A DNA stretch of 64,000 nt. It comes from an uncultured Nitrospiraceae bacterium. GTDB taxonomy: Bacteria > Nitrospirota > Nitrospiria > Nitrospirales > Nitrospiraceae. A model generated the notes under the pieces. It saw only the letters and a program-made list of their open reading frames with translations, did no database searches and had not been told where the DNA came from. The stretch's first letter is position 1, and each line of letters begins with the position of its first letter. The position numbers and the translations under genes were made by a program. Shown one piece after another: positions 39,552 through 48,985 of the stretch. The stretch lies in assembly GCA_963730935.1 (NCBI GenBank), contig CAVSTP010000003.1, positions 416,001 to 480,000 on the forward strand. Reading direction: 5' to 3'.

Positions 39552-40451
39552 CTAGTTGATCACGATCGACAGATCTTGCGTGTCTGGATTTCCTGATACG
39601 TCCTGAACCTGGACGGTAAATGGCGATGTACCTCTCGCAGTGGGCGTTCCTGAAATCACGCCGGTGGTCGGATTCAAATTCAGGCCCGCTGGCAGCGTCC
39701 CTGCGGAGATGCTCCAGGTCAGCGGTGCCGTTCCTCCGGTCGCGGCCATCGGCTCGTTATAGGCTTGATTGACTGTTCCTGCCGGCAGCGAGGTCGTCGT
39801 GATATTAGGGGTGACACGAACCGAGAGCGCTCGCGTATCTTGTTGCCCGCTTGTGTCTTGAACCTGGACGATGAACGGGTAGGGGCCGGCTAGGGCAGTC
39901 GGTATTCCTGAGATCATGCCGGTGGTCGGATTCAGACTGAGAGTCGGCGGGAGTGTGCCTGTGCCCGGGAGGACAATGCTAAAGGTCAGCGCTCCGATAC
40001 CTCCGACGGTTTCGACAGGCTCGTTATAGGCTGCGGCAATACTTGCGTTTGGAAGGGCGGTTGTCGTGATCGCGAGCGGAGGCTCGATGGTCAAGCTGAG
40101 CGTTTGTTCGACGGTCTGCGAAGGGACCGAGCTGTCGCGCAGCGTAAACGTGTGTGTCGTGGTTGCCGCCGTCGTCGGTGTTCCGGAGATTGCGCCGGTC
40201 GCCGGATCCAACGAGAGATTGGCAGGAAGCGCCGGCGAGACGGACCAGGTGTAAGGAAGCGCGCCTCCAAAGCCGCTGACTGAAGTCGAATAGGGGTGGT
40301 TGACCGTTTGCTCGGGGAGTGAGGTTGTCGTGATCGCCAAACTGCCGGGGGTCGGGCCGCTGTCGCCACCGCAGCCGGTCAATCCCAAGATGGCAATAGC
40401 AGAGAGGATGACGACACAAACGATAATACCGATTACGTTTCTGTGCTTCAT
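39552..40451 (-). CDS. Lipoprotein with 3 putative Ig-like repeats, paralog 4
   Basis: Lipobox LTG-C GGDSGPTPG. Modules 1-2 are very close to those of paralog 2. Confidence 0.9.
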   Translation of the reverse strand: MKHRNVIGIIVCVVILSAIAILGLTGCGGDSGPTPGSLAITTTSLPEQTVNHPYSTSVSGFGGALPYTWSVSPALPANLSLDPATGAISGTPTTAATTTHTFTLRDSSVPSQTVEQTLSLTIEPPLAITTTALPNASIAAAYNEPVETVGGIGALTFSIVLPGTGTLPPTLSLNPTTGMISGIPTALAGPYPFIVQVQDTSGQQDTRALSVRVTPNITTTSLPAGTVNQAYNEPMAATGGTAPLTWSISAGTLPAGLNLNPTTGVISGTPTARGTSPFTVQVQDVSGNPDTQDLSIVIN

Positions 40452-40594
40452 TGAGAGCCAGTCTGCAACTCATCGGAAGATTTCTTACCGACCGCCAGAC
40501 ACATAAACTCGCCTGACATTGTAACAATCGGGATAAAGCGAAGATTCGAGTCGCACCGCTTTCCAGGGCGCCGCGAGACGAGGAGATACTGTAT

Positions 40595-40671
40595 TGGTGC
40601 CCCCGACACGAATTGAACGTGCGACCCGCGGTTTAGGAAACCGCTGCTCTATCCAACTGAGCTACGGGGGC
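40595..40671 (-). tRNA. tRNA-Arg (CCT)
   Basis: GCCCCCGTAGCTCAGTTGGATAGAGC...TTCCTAA loop...GGGGGCACCA. Confidence 0.95.
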
Positions 40672-40763
40672 GTGGCTTGAATTTAGCGCACTTACGCGAA
40701 TTGTGTCTAGCAGTTGAAGGTAGCCGAGTTGTCGATGTACGGATTTTTCGGTAATGTGCTCGT

Positions 40764-41245
40764 ATGAGAGTGATAAGGGGCCTTGCGGGGCTCACTGTTA
40801 CATTAGTCTCGATGTTCGGCTTGTTCTAGGCGAATGACGCTTCGGCGCTCGATAACCCCGAAAAGGTGATTGAGGAGACCTGCGAGCGTGACTGGTCCCA
40901 TAATTCACAAATGCGGGCGGCCTGCATCGAGCAGCAGTTGAGCGTACTCGAGAAATCCCGCTCGACGCCGCTTGATCCCGTCTACAGCAGGAGGATCCCT
41001 CGTTGATCCAGGAACGATGCGCGAGAAATTGGCCTGACGACGTCCGCATGCGGCTCCAATGCCAACAGCAAGAGATCCGAGCGTTTCAGAAGCTGCAAGG
41101 TCCTCCGCCGAAGGGCGTCACCTTGAAGGATTATTCGGTAGCAATTGCGCAATGCTCCAAGGACTGGCCCGACGATTTCCGGCAGCGCGCGCGCTGTATG
41201 GACCAGCAGATTGCGGGAAAGCGCAAAGACCAGGAACGCGACTAG
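40764..41245 (+). pseudogene. Disrupted exported protein with three CxxxW...RxxC..QQ repeats
   Basis: Signal-peptide start at 40764, in-frame TAG at 40827 and a 1-nt deletion near 40980 joining it to ORF 41003-41245. Confidence 0.7.
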
Positions 41246-42639
41246 TTCCGGGCGTTGGAGCGTGGAGGGGACGAAGAGTCTTCTCCACCGGGCGACAACA
41301 GGGCGGTGCGCGTCGGTATCTGCTTCAGCAGATCGGCGCGGATTTGATAGACGCCGGGGAGCCGGTGGCCCATGGCAAAGGCCAATCCGTTGGTCTGGTC
41401 GCCGATCAACAGTTTACCCACCAGTTTGCCGTCCTTTCCCGTCGCCAGAAATTCCGCGGACGGGTTCACGAGGCCATAAGGAGCCAACGGACCAGGCTGC
41501 TTGACCACCCGCTCCTCTGCCGGAACAGCCACGACCCGGCTCACAAATAGATTCGCAGTTTGTTGATCCATGTGCTCCGTCGGGCGGTCTTCCAACACCC
41601 ATTCCCCGTTCTGGTTGATAAGGGTATAGGTCTCGGCGTGCGTCTTGACGTTCAGCATCGCAATATCGGTGTCCTCGGCGCCCAGGAGGCGCTTGTCCTG
41701 AAGGTGATACAGTTCTTTGGTGAAGTCTTTGACGAACGTGGGGTTGATTCGATAGAGCGGCGCATCAGGTGCGGTTTCGGCGAAGGCTTCGCCGCTTGAC
41801 GGATCAGGCTGATACAGCTTGACGGTCTGGTCTCCCTCGGACGCATGCAAGGTGATTTTCACTTTGGCTTGTTTCAACGTTTTGGCCAGCGCGTCTCGGC
41901 CGGGCCCCGGATCGACGATGCCCATGGCCTTCAGATCCTCCAGGCGAAACAAGAGCATTCGGACCTCATTGAGGTCAGCTTCCGCTTCCACGGGGTACCG
42001 GATTTTCCATTTGGGTTTCGGTTTGTCGCTGACGCGATACAGAACGACCTCGGTGGTTGGATAGGTTAACCGAACTCGATCGATCTCCCCCGACATGACG
42101 TGCAGAATGTCCTTCCTGCGAAAGGTCATCAGCGATTTATTCACAAAATCCTTCGGGGCGAGATCGGTCAACAACACAGCATGATCCGAGGTCCGAAGCA
42201 CATAGAGCGTTGAGGACAGCGGACCGGTATCGCCAATGAGGAGGGTCTCTTCCATTGAGCCGCCCTTCATGGTGACGGCGGCCACTGGCTTCTCGAGTCC
42301 GAATGGAGCGAGTGTCGATGGATTCTCCTCGACCACCCGATGGACGGATCCCAACACGATGGCTCTGATCAGGCTGTGAAGTTCGCGAATGTCCGCCTCG
42401 GTGCGGATCGGCTTGATCAGCGTCCACCCCTTGTCCGCATGCCGTTCAAAGACCAGTTCTTCGCGATCGTTTTTGAAGCTCAGCGAGGTGATCGCCTGTT
42501 CCTCCACAGTGACCACTCTCTTTTTGGCGGACTCCTGTTGTTCCTGCGACTGTTTGGCGGGAAATTCCACGAGATATAGATAGAGCCCGAGCGCCGCGAG
42601 CACGAGCGCCATTACCGCTGTCGGCCAATAACGATTCAT
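41242..42639 (-). CDS. DUF4340 domain protein
   Basis: N-terminal TM and repeated W...P....AD / PFGLEKP motifs. Last gene of the Gld-like ABC operon. Confidence 0.85.
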   Translation of the reverse strand: MNRYWPTAVMALVLAALGLYLYLVEFPAKQSQEQQESAKKRVVTVEEQAITSLSFKNDREELVFERHADKGWTLIKPIRTEADIRELHSLIRAIVLGSVHRVVEENPSTLAPFGLEKPVAAVTMKGGSMEETLLIGDTGPLSSTLYVLRTSDHAVLLTDLAPKDFVNKSLMTFRRKDILHVMSGEIDRVRLTYPTTEVVLYRVSDKPKPKWKIRYPVEAEADLNEVRMLLFRLEDLKAMGIVDPGPGRDALAKTLKQAKVKITLHASEGDQTVKLYQPDPSSGEAFAETAPDAPLYRINPTFVKDFTKELYHLQDKRLLGAEDTDIAMLNVKTHAETYTLINQNGEWVLEDRPTEHMDQQTANLFVSRVVAVPAEERVVKQPGPLAPYGLVNPSAEFLATGKDGKLVGKLLIGDQTNGLAFAMGHRLPGVYQIRADLLKQIPTRTALLSPGGEDSSSPPRSNARN

Positions 42640-44163
42640 CTAGAGGCGACGGCGTTTGCGCCACACATTCACACCGGCGACGAGCACCACGGCGGGCAGG
42701 AAGAACACCTGCACGTACAGCAGCGTGCGTTCTTGAATGGGGTTCGGGACGAACGGCCGCACGGACTGCTCTCTTGGGCTAATGGCAATCATGTCTCGAT
42801 CCTGGGCCAACCAGGCGGCCGTGTGGAGAAAAAAGTCGCTGTTGCCTGGAAAGTTCACGAACGCATTGCTCGCGAACGTCGAGTTCCCGATGACGACGAT
42901 GGCCGGGTGGGGTTTCCCCTCGACAGGAGGCGTTCTCGGTGCGAGCGCGGCAGCCATGGGCAGCGGACCTTTGATGTCCGCTTTCTCGTCGAGGGCGATG
43001 ATGCGACCACTGGCCTTCATCACTGCCCGGCTGTTAGGGGACGTCCTGGCGAGCTGAACAAAGTCCCAATCCTTCCCCACCTGCTCATCGAACGTGACGT
43101 GGCGAGCCAAAGGAAACAAGACGGCGGCGGTCAGATCCTGTGTAATCTCATGCTCGGTAAAGGTTCGGACGAGTAAGACGGTGGGTTCGCCCTGCGCAAG
43201 ACGGTCTTGAAAGTCTACCAATACACCAGGACCGAACCCGACTCCCCAATGCTTCAAGAGGGGATTGAGCTCCGCTTGGGTCTCGGGATCGACCATCAGC
43301 AAAAGATGTCCGCCTTTTTCGACATACGCATGAATGCGGTCTAATTCCTCCGGGGTCATCGGCTTCCGGGGGCCGGCGATGGCCAAGATGGACGTGTTGT
43401 TGGGAACGGCGGTCTGGGTGAGGAGACTCAAAGTGCTGACCTCGTAGCCCTGCTTAGTCAAAATTTCTTTGGCCATCGAGAATCCTGTCCGGTCGCGATT
43501 GTCCGTGCTGGGTTCCCCGTGTCCCTCCAGAAAGAGAATGCGCTTCTTGTCGTCTTTCGAGACGCGGATGAGGGCGCCGGTCAATTCGGCTTCTGACGGA
43601 TTGGTCACGCGAACGGTTTGAGCACCGCTTTCGAAGACGGCCGTGTCGCTCCTTGTGATGCCATAACTCTGTGCGACTTTCGGTTGCCGCTCCGGGTCCA
43701 CGAACTCCACGGCGATCTTAGCGCTGGCTTGCCTATAGCTATCCAGCCGCTCTTTATAGGGCTGATAGCCGGGGTCCTTCTCGCGCGTGAAGACGGTGAT
43801 TTTCACTTCGCGAGGCAGACTTCTGATCGCTCGGTGGGTCTGCGGCGCTAATGAGAAATTCTGATTTTCTGACAGGTCCCAGCGAAGGGAGTGGCGTGCC
43901 GCAAGAAAATTCAAAATGGAGAGGATGCCGATGAACAAGAGCACCATGAACAGGCTGTTGGCGCCCATTCGTGTCGAACGGCGGGACGACACAGCCTTGA
44001 CGGTGTCGGCATGAACAATAAAAAAGAGAATCAGGCAGATGAGCGCCGCTCCCTCGATTGCCGTCACGATCCCGAGGTGTTCCGGCGAGAAGTGGTACCC
44101 GATCATGCCTGCGAGCGCCAACGATAGGCCGATGACGCCGAAGGGAATCGTTTTCAAGCTCAT
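42640..44163 (-). CDS. GldG-family ABC auxiliary component
   Basis: RWDLSENQNFSL, FVDPERQP, LEGHGE, GNSDFF and a C-terminal TM. Confidence 0.88.
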   Translation of the reverse strand: MSLKTIPFGVIGLSLALAGMIGYHFSPEHLGIVTAIEGAALICLILFFIVHADTVKAVSSRRSTRMGANSLFMVLLFIGILSILNFLAARHSLRWDLSENQNFSLAPQTHRAIRSLPREVKITVFTREKDPGYQPYKERLDSYRQASAKIAVEFVDPERQPKVAQSYGITRSDTAVFESGAQTVRVTNPSEAELTGALIRVSKDDKKRILFLEGHGEPSTDNRDRTGFSMAKEILTKQGYEVSTLSLLTQTAVPNNTSILAIAGPRKPMTPEELDRIHAYVEKGGHLLLMVDPETQAELNPLLKHWGVGFGPGVLVDFQDRLAQGEPTVLLVRTFTEHEITQDLTAAVLFPLARHVTFDEQVGKDWDFVQLARTSPNSRAVMKASGRIIALDEKADIKGPLPMAAALAPRTPPVEGKPHPAIVVIGNSTFASNAFVNFPGNSDFFLHTAAWLAQDRDMIAISPREQSVRPFVPNPIQERTLLYVQVFFLPAVVLVAGVNVWRKRRRL

Positions 44164-44927
44164 TTCCACCTCGTCGAATCCACGACGCGGTGAGTGAGAA
44201 ACAGCATGAGCACGAGCGCGCTGACGAAATAGACCAGATCTCGTGTGTCGACGAGTCCGCGGACGAGATGGTCATAATGCTCCATAAACGACAGGTAGGA
44301 AATGATTTGTCCCGCCGTCGTATCGCCAAGCAGGGAGCCGACGCCGGCTAAGAGCCAGAGAAAGAGCAGCAGGCCGAAGCTGACAAAGGCCGCGACGATT
44401 TGGTTTTCGGTCAACGCGGAGGCAAGGACACCGACGGACAGAAACAGCGCACCCAGCAATGCGAGACCCAAATAGCCCGTCAGGATCGGATACCAATCGA
44501 AATCGCTGAACAGGGCAAGTGTGAGGGGTATGAGACCCGTGAGGCCCAACAGGCCGAGAAACAACAAGAATGCGCTCACGAATTTTCCCGCGACGATCTC
44601 GTTTAGGCCGATCGGAGAGGTCATGAGCAATTCGAACGTCCGCAGTTTCTTCTCCTCGGCGAACAGCCGCATGGTGAGAATCGGCAGCACGATCAGCAGA
44701 ACGAATCGGATGCTGCTGAAAAGATTTCGAAACACCAAGTCGTTGAGATTGATTTGGGCTTGGCCCTGGACCTGCATCAACTGGATCGCTTGAGCGCCGG
44801 TGAAGACAATATAGATGTATGCGAGCAGGCCGACGATCAGGAGAAATACTGCTCCCACCACGTACACGACCGGCGAGACGAAGTACGAACGTAATTCCTT
44901 GGCCACGAGGGTATTCACCGGCGTCAT
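44160..44927 (-). CDS. ABC-2 type permease (GldF-like)
   Basis: KELRSYFVSP, TMRLFAEEKKLRTFELLMTSP, TENQIVA. Confidence 0.92.
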   Translation of the reverse strand: MTPVNTLVAKELRSYFVSPVVYVVGAVFLLIVGLLAYIYIVFTGAQAIQLMQVQGQAQINLNDLVFRNLFSSIRFVLLIVLPILTMRLFAEEKKLRTFELLMTSPIGLNEIVAGKFVSAFLLFLGLLGLTGLIPLTLALFSDFDWYPILTGYLGLALLGALFLSVGVLASALTENQIVAAFVSFGLLLFLWLLAGVGSLLGDTTAGQIISYLSFMEHYDHLVRGLVDTRDLVYFVSALVLMLFLTHRVVDSTRWK

Positions 44928-45925
44928 GACGGCACACCTGTGTTGTCCTCTCTCACCGCAAGAGCGGGCCCTGCCGCCGCGTCGGAGTCCTGTGCCAGCC
45001 CTTCTTCGTGCCTGGTCAGTTTGAGGAACACGTCTTCCAACGTCATGGAAATCAATTTGAGTTCGATGAGCCCCCAGTTGTTGGTCACAGCCAGCCGCGC
45101 AATGTCTTCCCTGATGTCTTTGCCCAGGTGGCTTTCAAGTAAAAAATGTCCTGTCGGCCCGTTCGCGTGCACATCAAGCACGCCGTCGACTTGGCGGAGC
45201 CGCGCTTCGGCGTTCCCGGGCGGCCGAGTCAGGGTCAGGGCGATCTTTTCCGAATGGCGCAGTCGGGTGGACAATCGGTCAGGGGTGTCCTCGGCGACAA
45301 TGCGCCCACCGCTGATGATGACGACGCGTTGGCAGACCGCGGTGGCTTCAGGGAGAATGTGAGTGCTCAAGATCACGGAATGCGATCCTGCCAGGCTTTT
45401 GATCAATTCCCGGATCTCGATGATCTGTTTGGGGTCGAGGCCGACGGTCGGCTCGTCTAAAATCAGCACGGGTGGATCGTGGATGAGCGCTTGCGCAAGA
45501 CCGACGCGCTGGCGGTAGCCGCGCGAGAGGTTGCCGATCAATCGGTGTTGCACAGAGCCCAGACCCAATCGTTCGATTTCACGCGACATGGCGGCGGTGA
45601 GCATGGCGCCGGCCAACCCACGGAGCCGGCCGACGAAGCGAAGATATTCATCGACCGTCAGTTCCTGATAGACCGGCGGCGTTTCCGGCAAGTAGCCGAT
45701 CCGTCGCTTGACGTCCATGGATCGCTCGAGGCAGTCATAGCCGGCCACGGTGGCCCGGCCTTCAGTCGGCGGTATGAAGCAGGTCAGGATGCGCATCGTC
45801 GTCGTTTTTCCCGCCCCGTTGGGGCCGAGAAAGGCCAACACTTCGCCCTTGGCGACGGAAAATGTCACTTGGTCGATCGCAGTGTGTTGGCCGTAACGTT
45901 TGGTGATCTGTTGAACGTCAATCAT
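44924..45925 (-). CDS. ABC transporter ATP-binding protein (GldA-like)
   Basis: GPNGAGKTT, LSRGYRQRVG, LDEPTVGLDP. Confidence 0.95.
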   Translation of the reverse strand: MIDVQQITKRYGQHTAIDQVTFSVAKGEVLAFLGPNGAGKTTTMRILTCFIPPTEGRATVAGYDCLERSMDVKRRIGYLPETPPVYQELTVDEYLRFVGRLRGLAGAMLTAAMSREIERLGLGSVQHRLIGNLSRGYRQRVGLAQALIHDPPVLILDEPTVGLDPKQIIEIRELIKSLAGSHSVILSTHILPEATAVCQRVVIISGGRIVAEDTPDRLSTRLRHSEKIALTLTRPPGNAEARLRQVDGVLDVHANGPTGHFLLESHLGKDIREDIARLAVTNNWGLIELKLISMTLEDVFLKLTRHEEGLAQDSDAAAGPALAVREDNTGVPS

Positions 45926-46143
45926 AGAAACGGATCAATGAACTCGGTGCTCTGGATGGGATCGGGGGTCCGCGGCGGGCGTCTACTCGCCATTCTTTAC
46001 ATGTGCTTGCTCGGCATCTTACTCATGAGAATGGAGGCAGTCAACCACCCCTGGGTGGTCTGCGCAGCTTTACATGGGTGACTTGGTCCTGGTAGAGTCC
46101 CGCTCGGTCACGCCAACGCCTCCTCTAGAATCATATCGACATC

Positions 46144-46479
46144 ATGAAATGTCGTATTTGGCTCACGATCTGGGCTGTTTCCCTGTCCCTCTGTTTGGTT
46201 GCCGTGGAGGTACAGGCCGGTACGGGCAGCAGGTATAAGGTCCAAGGCACGGTGGTCGCTATCACGCTCACACAGACGCCCCCATTGATCGTGGTGAAGA
46301 CTCCCCTGGGCCCCAAAAATCATATGACGGTTGGAGCCACAGTCACCGCCCAGACAAAGATTCTGCGGGGGAAAAAGCGGATCGCGCTCAATACGATTCG
46401 AGAGGGGGAAGTCGTTTGGCTGACCTATGTGAAGGCGCCTGGAGGAGTGCTTGCGGAAATTATCCGGGTGGGGGCTTAA
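46144..46479 (+). CDS. Hypothetical exported protein (OB-fold-like)
   Basis: Signal peptide ending VQA and a beta-rich domain. Confidence 0.7.
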   Translation: MKCRIWLTIWAVSLSLCLVAVEVQAGTGSRYKVQGTVVAITLTQTPPLIVVKTPLGPKNHMTVGATVTAQTKILRGKKRIALNTIREGEVVWLTYVKAPGGVLAEIIRVGA

Positions 46480-46700
46480 CACGATGACTGGGGGGTGTGC
46501 CTTGCCTTTAGATGGGAAATATTCCCGTCGTTCGATAGCGCATTCCCGCCACCGGTACGCAGGTTGTTCACTTCATACCAAGGTAGGGGCGTAGTCTACG
46601 GTCGCGGTATTGTTCACTGCTCGGTTCGGGCTTACCGTGGACCTTATCGGCGAGGTGTCCGCGGTCCTGTCAGATCAACCGAGCACTACAGGTGTTGACA

Positions 46701-47330
46701 ATGACAAACTATACTTCGCGATCGAATCAGGCGGTATTCTGCACCCTTACTGTTGCCGGTATGCTGTTGGGCGCCTGTTCCTGGACTCCAAAAGGGGAGG
46801 CCCAATTTGACGTCGGGATCAAGGACCGTGGCGTGGCCTCCTGGTATGGCGAGCAGTTTCATGGCAGGCAGGCAGCCAACGGCGAAATATTCGACATGGA
46901 AGCGCTGACCGCCGCACACCGGACGATGCCCCTTGGCAGCATCGTACGGGTGGTTAACCTCTCGAACGGTAAGCACCTCCATGTGCGCATTACCGATCGG
47001 GGCCCGTATGTCAATGGCCGCATACTCGATCTCTCCCACGCTGCGGCCGTGCAACTGGGAATGGACCATGAGGGTACTGCCCACGTCCAGATTGAGATCG
47101 TCGGGCAACGGCGTCCGGAACTGTTGCAGTATTCAGAAGCCACATCGGGACGGGCTTCATCGCTGTTGATCGAGAAGACGGTGGCCGACCGTCCGACGCC
47201 GCTCATGACCTCGTGGCTGCGCGTGCTTCCTAGCGATGTATGGCTTACCCGCCGAATTCGTCGTGTTCCTGCGATGCTTGCCGCTGATCACACCGCTCAT
47301 GCGGAAGTTGCCACTCTCGCCTTGGCCTAA
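46701..47330 (+). CDS. rlpA: Septal ring lytic transglycosylase RlpA family lipoprotein
   Basis: Lipobox LGA-C, GVASWYG, TAAHRTMP, DRGPY, RILDLS. Confidence 0.92.
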   Translation: MTNYTSRSNQAVFCTLTVAGMLLGACSWTPKGEAQFDVGIKDRGVASWYGEQFHGRQAANGEIFDMEALTAAHRTMPLGSIVRVVNLSNGKHLHVRITDRGPYVNGRILDLSHAAAVQLGMDHEGTAHVQIEIVGQRRPELLQYSEATSGRASSLLIEKTVADRPTPLMTSWLRVLPSDVWLTRRIRRVPAMLAADHTAHAEVATLALA

Positions 47331-47357
47331 GGACGTCCTTCTCGCGTCTCCTTCGGG

Positions 47358-47387
47358 TTGACAGTGCGCGAAGTGCTCCACTAGACT
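47358..47387 (+). promoter_or_regulatory. Sigma-70 promoter
   Basis: TTGACA-N18-TAGACT. Confidence 0.55.
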
Positions 47388-47447
47388 GTCTTTTCTTGGC
47401 CGACATTGACGAGGCCGACTTCAGACAGACGACCACGAGGGAAACGC

Positions 47448-47666
47448 ATGGCAAAAAAGCAGACCGCCGAATCCGACGAATCCAGATTAAAAAAGAACAT
47501 CGCCCAAAAACTCGCCAATCACTCCAATCCGGAAGCGGATGCCAGCATGCGGTCTTTGCGCAAGCGGTTGAAGCGCGAGCAACGCAGACGGCGGGCATTG
47601 GCGCTGAGGCGGAAGCACGCCGGCGGGAATAAACCGGCTGAGGCTGCTGCACCGGCGGCGGGATAA
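47448..47666 (+). CDS. Small basic hypothetical protein
   Basis: RBS GAGG. MAKKQ..., Arg/Lys-rich helix. Confidence 0.7.
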   Translation: MAKKQTAESDESRLKKNIAQKLANHSNPEADASMRSLRKRLKREQRRRRALALRRKHAGGNKPAEAAAPAAG

Positions 47667-47692
47667 GAAGCAGCAGTTGAAGGAACAGTGCC

Positions 47693-48523
47693 ATGGATGA
47701 AGTACGCAACGAAGAGCAGCAGCAGACGCACGGCGACGCCGGCCTCGCAAGTGATGAAGTAGCGGACAAGGTGTCGGCGGAATTCACGGGCGATCAGACT
47801 CCCACCACGGATCTCCCCGGCGAGCAGGCCGAACCGGTCATGCTCGAAGAGGAAAAAGTCAAAGACGAGATCGATATCCAAATCGATCTGTTGAAGGATC
47901 AGGATTGGGTTGTGCGGCGTGAAGCGGCGATCACCCTAGGGGAAATGGGCGACGAACGCTGTGTCGAGCCGCTTTGCAAGGCGCTCTACGATGGCGATTG
48001 GCAGGTCCGTGAGGTGGCCGTTGAAGCGCTGGGGCAAATTGGATCGCCGGCCGTCGAGATGCTGATCAAGATGGTGCGGGATTGGGATGTCCGTAAGTAT
48101 GTCATCATGGCGTTGGGGAAAATCCGCGATGAGCGCGTCCTGGATCCGCTCATGCTTCAGCTGCGGAGCGATGAATTCAAAGACGATGCGACCAATGCGC
48201 TGGTCGAATTGGGGGAGCCGGCCCTTGAGCGCCTGGTCAAAGCCTTAAAAGACAAAGATGAAATGGTGCGAAAGCAGGCCGTCCTGGCGCTGGGACGGAT
48301 CAAACACGGCGGCGCCGTGGATCCATTGATTGAAATGCTTGCCGATGCCGATTGGTTCACCCGGCTTACCGCCGCGGCAGCGCTTGAGGCGATCGGCGAT
48401 CCCCGCGGGCGCGACGCGATCAAGCCGTTGACCAAAGATCCCGATCTGGTCGTTCGGATGAGGGTCGAGCGAATCCTGGTGAAGTGGAAGAAGCAGCCCG
48501 CCGGCTCGGTTTCGATGAACTGA
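47693..48523 (+). CDS. HEAT repeat (PBS lyase-like) protein
   Basis: Repeated DxDWxVRxxAAxxLG motifs. Confidence 0.9.
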   Translation: MDEVRNEEQQQTHGDAGLASDEVADKVSAEFTGDQTPTTDLPGEQAEPVMLEEEKVKDEIDIQIDLLKDQDWVVRREAAITLGEMGDERCVEPLCKALYDGDWQVREVAVEALGQIGSPAVEMLIKMVRDWDVRKYVIMALGKIRDERVLDPLMLQLRSDEFKDDATNALVELGEPALERLVKALKDKDEMVRKQAVLALGRIKHGGAVDPLIEMLADADWFTRLTAAAALEAIGDPRGRDAIKPLTKDPDLVVRMRVERILVKWKKQPAGSVSMN

Positions 48524-48527
48524 CCGG

Positions 48528-48983
48528 TTACCTGCTCAGTTCACTGTCCAGATTCTGCTGCAGTTCCGTCAGTTTCCGAAGGGGCACCGGTTTCCCCATC
48601 GTCAATTCCAGCCGCATTTCCTGCAGTTGCCCTACCAGTCCCCGCATTGCCTGCGTCTGATCACTGGGCTTCGCGCCTTTCATGGCGCTTTCCAACGCAT
48701 CCACACCCTCGGCGAGCTGTTTGGCCGCCTCCCCGAAATTCTTGTCGACCAGCTCCGACTTCGCCTGCACCACTCGTGATTTCGTATCCAGGAGCGCTTG
48801 CCTCCTGCGAAGATCGCGCTCAATGCCCATGGTGGTATCGACCACGTTCCTGGACATGTCCTTTAACGAATGTTGGAGGTCACCCACCGTTTCTTGAAGG
48901 GTGCCCACCGGGCGCTGCCCGAAATAGTACCCCAGCGCAAACGAAGCGAGGGTAAGTACCAGAACGCCAGTAAATTTCCACAT
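48528..48983 (-). CDS. Hypothetical membrane-anchored helical protein
   Basis: N-terminal TM and coiled-coil composition. Confidence 0.75.
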   Translation of the reverse strand: MWKFTGVLVLTLASFALGYYFGQRPVGTLQETVGDLQHSLKDMSRNVVDTTMGIERDLRRRQALLDTKSRVVQAKSELVDKNFGEAAKQLAEGVDALESAMKGAKPSDQTQAMRGLVGQLQEMRLELTMGKPVPLRKLTELQQNLDSELSR

Positions 48984-48985
48984 GA

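Larger units (their letters stand above)
35200..40594. mobile_element. Probable decayed genomic island at the 3' end of tRNA-Arg
   Basis: Integrase relic, accessory genes and tRNA adjacency. The left boundary is approximate and no att duplication was seen. Confidence 0.45.

Noticed and set aside
2305..40451. Diversity-generating retroelement or shufflon acting on the Ig genes
   Set aside because: No reverse transcriptase or intact recombinase is present. Mismatches between repeats are not adenine-specific and no inverted cassettes were seen.
41242..45925. Gliding motility system
   Set aside because: GldA/F/G-like ABC sets with DUF4340 are widespread in non-gliding bacteria, and no other gld/spr genes are present.
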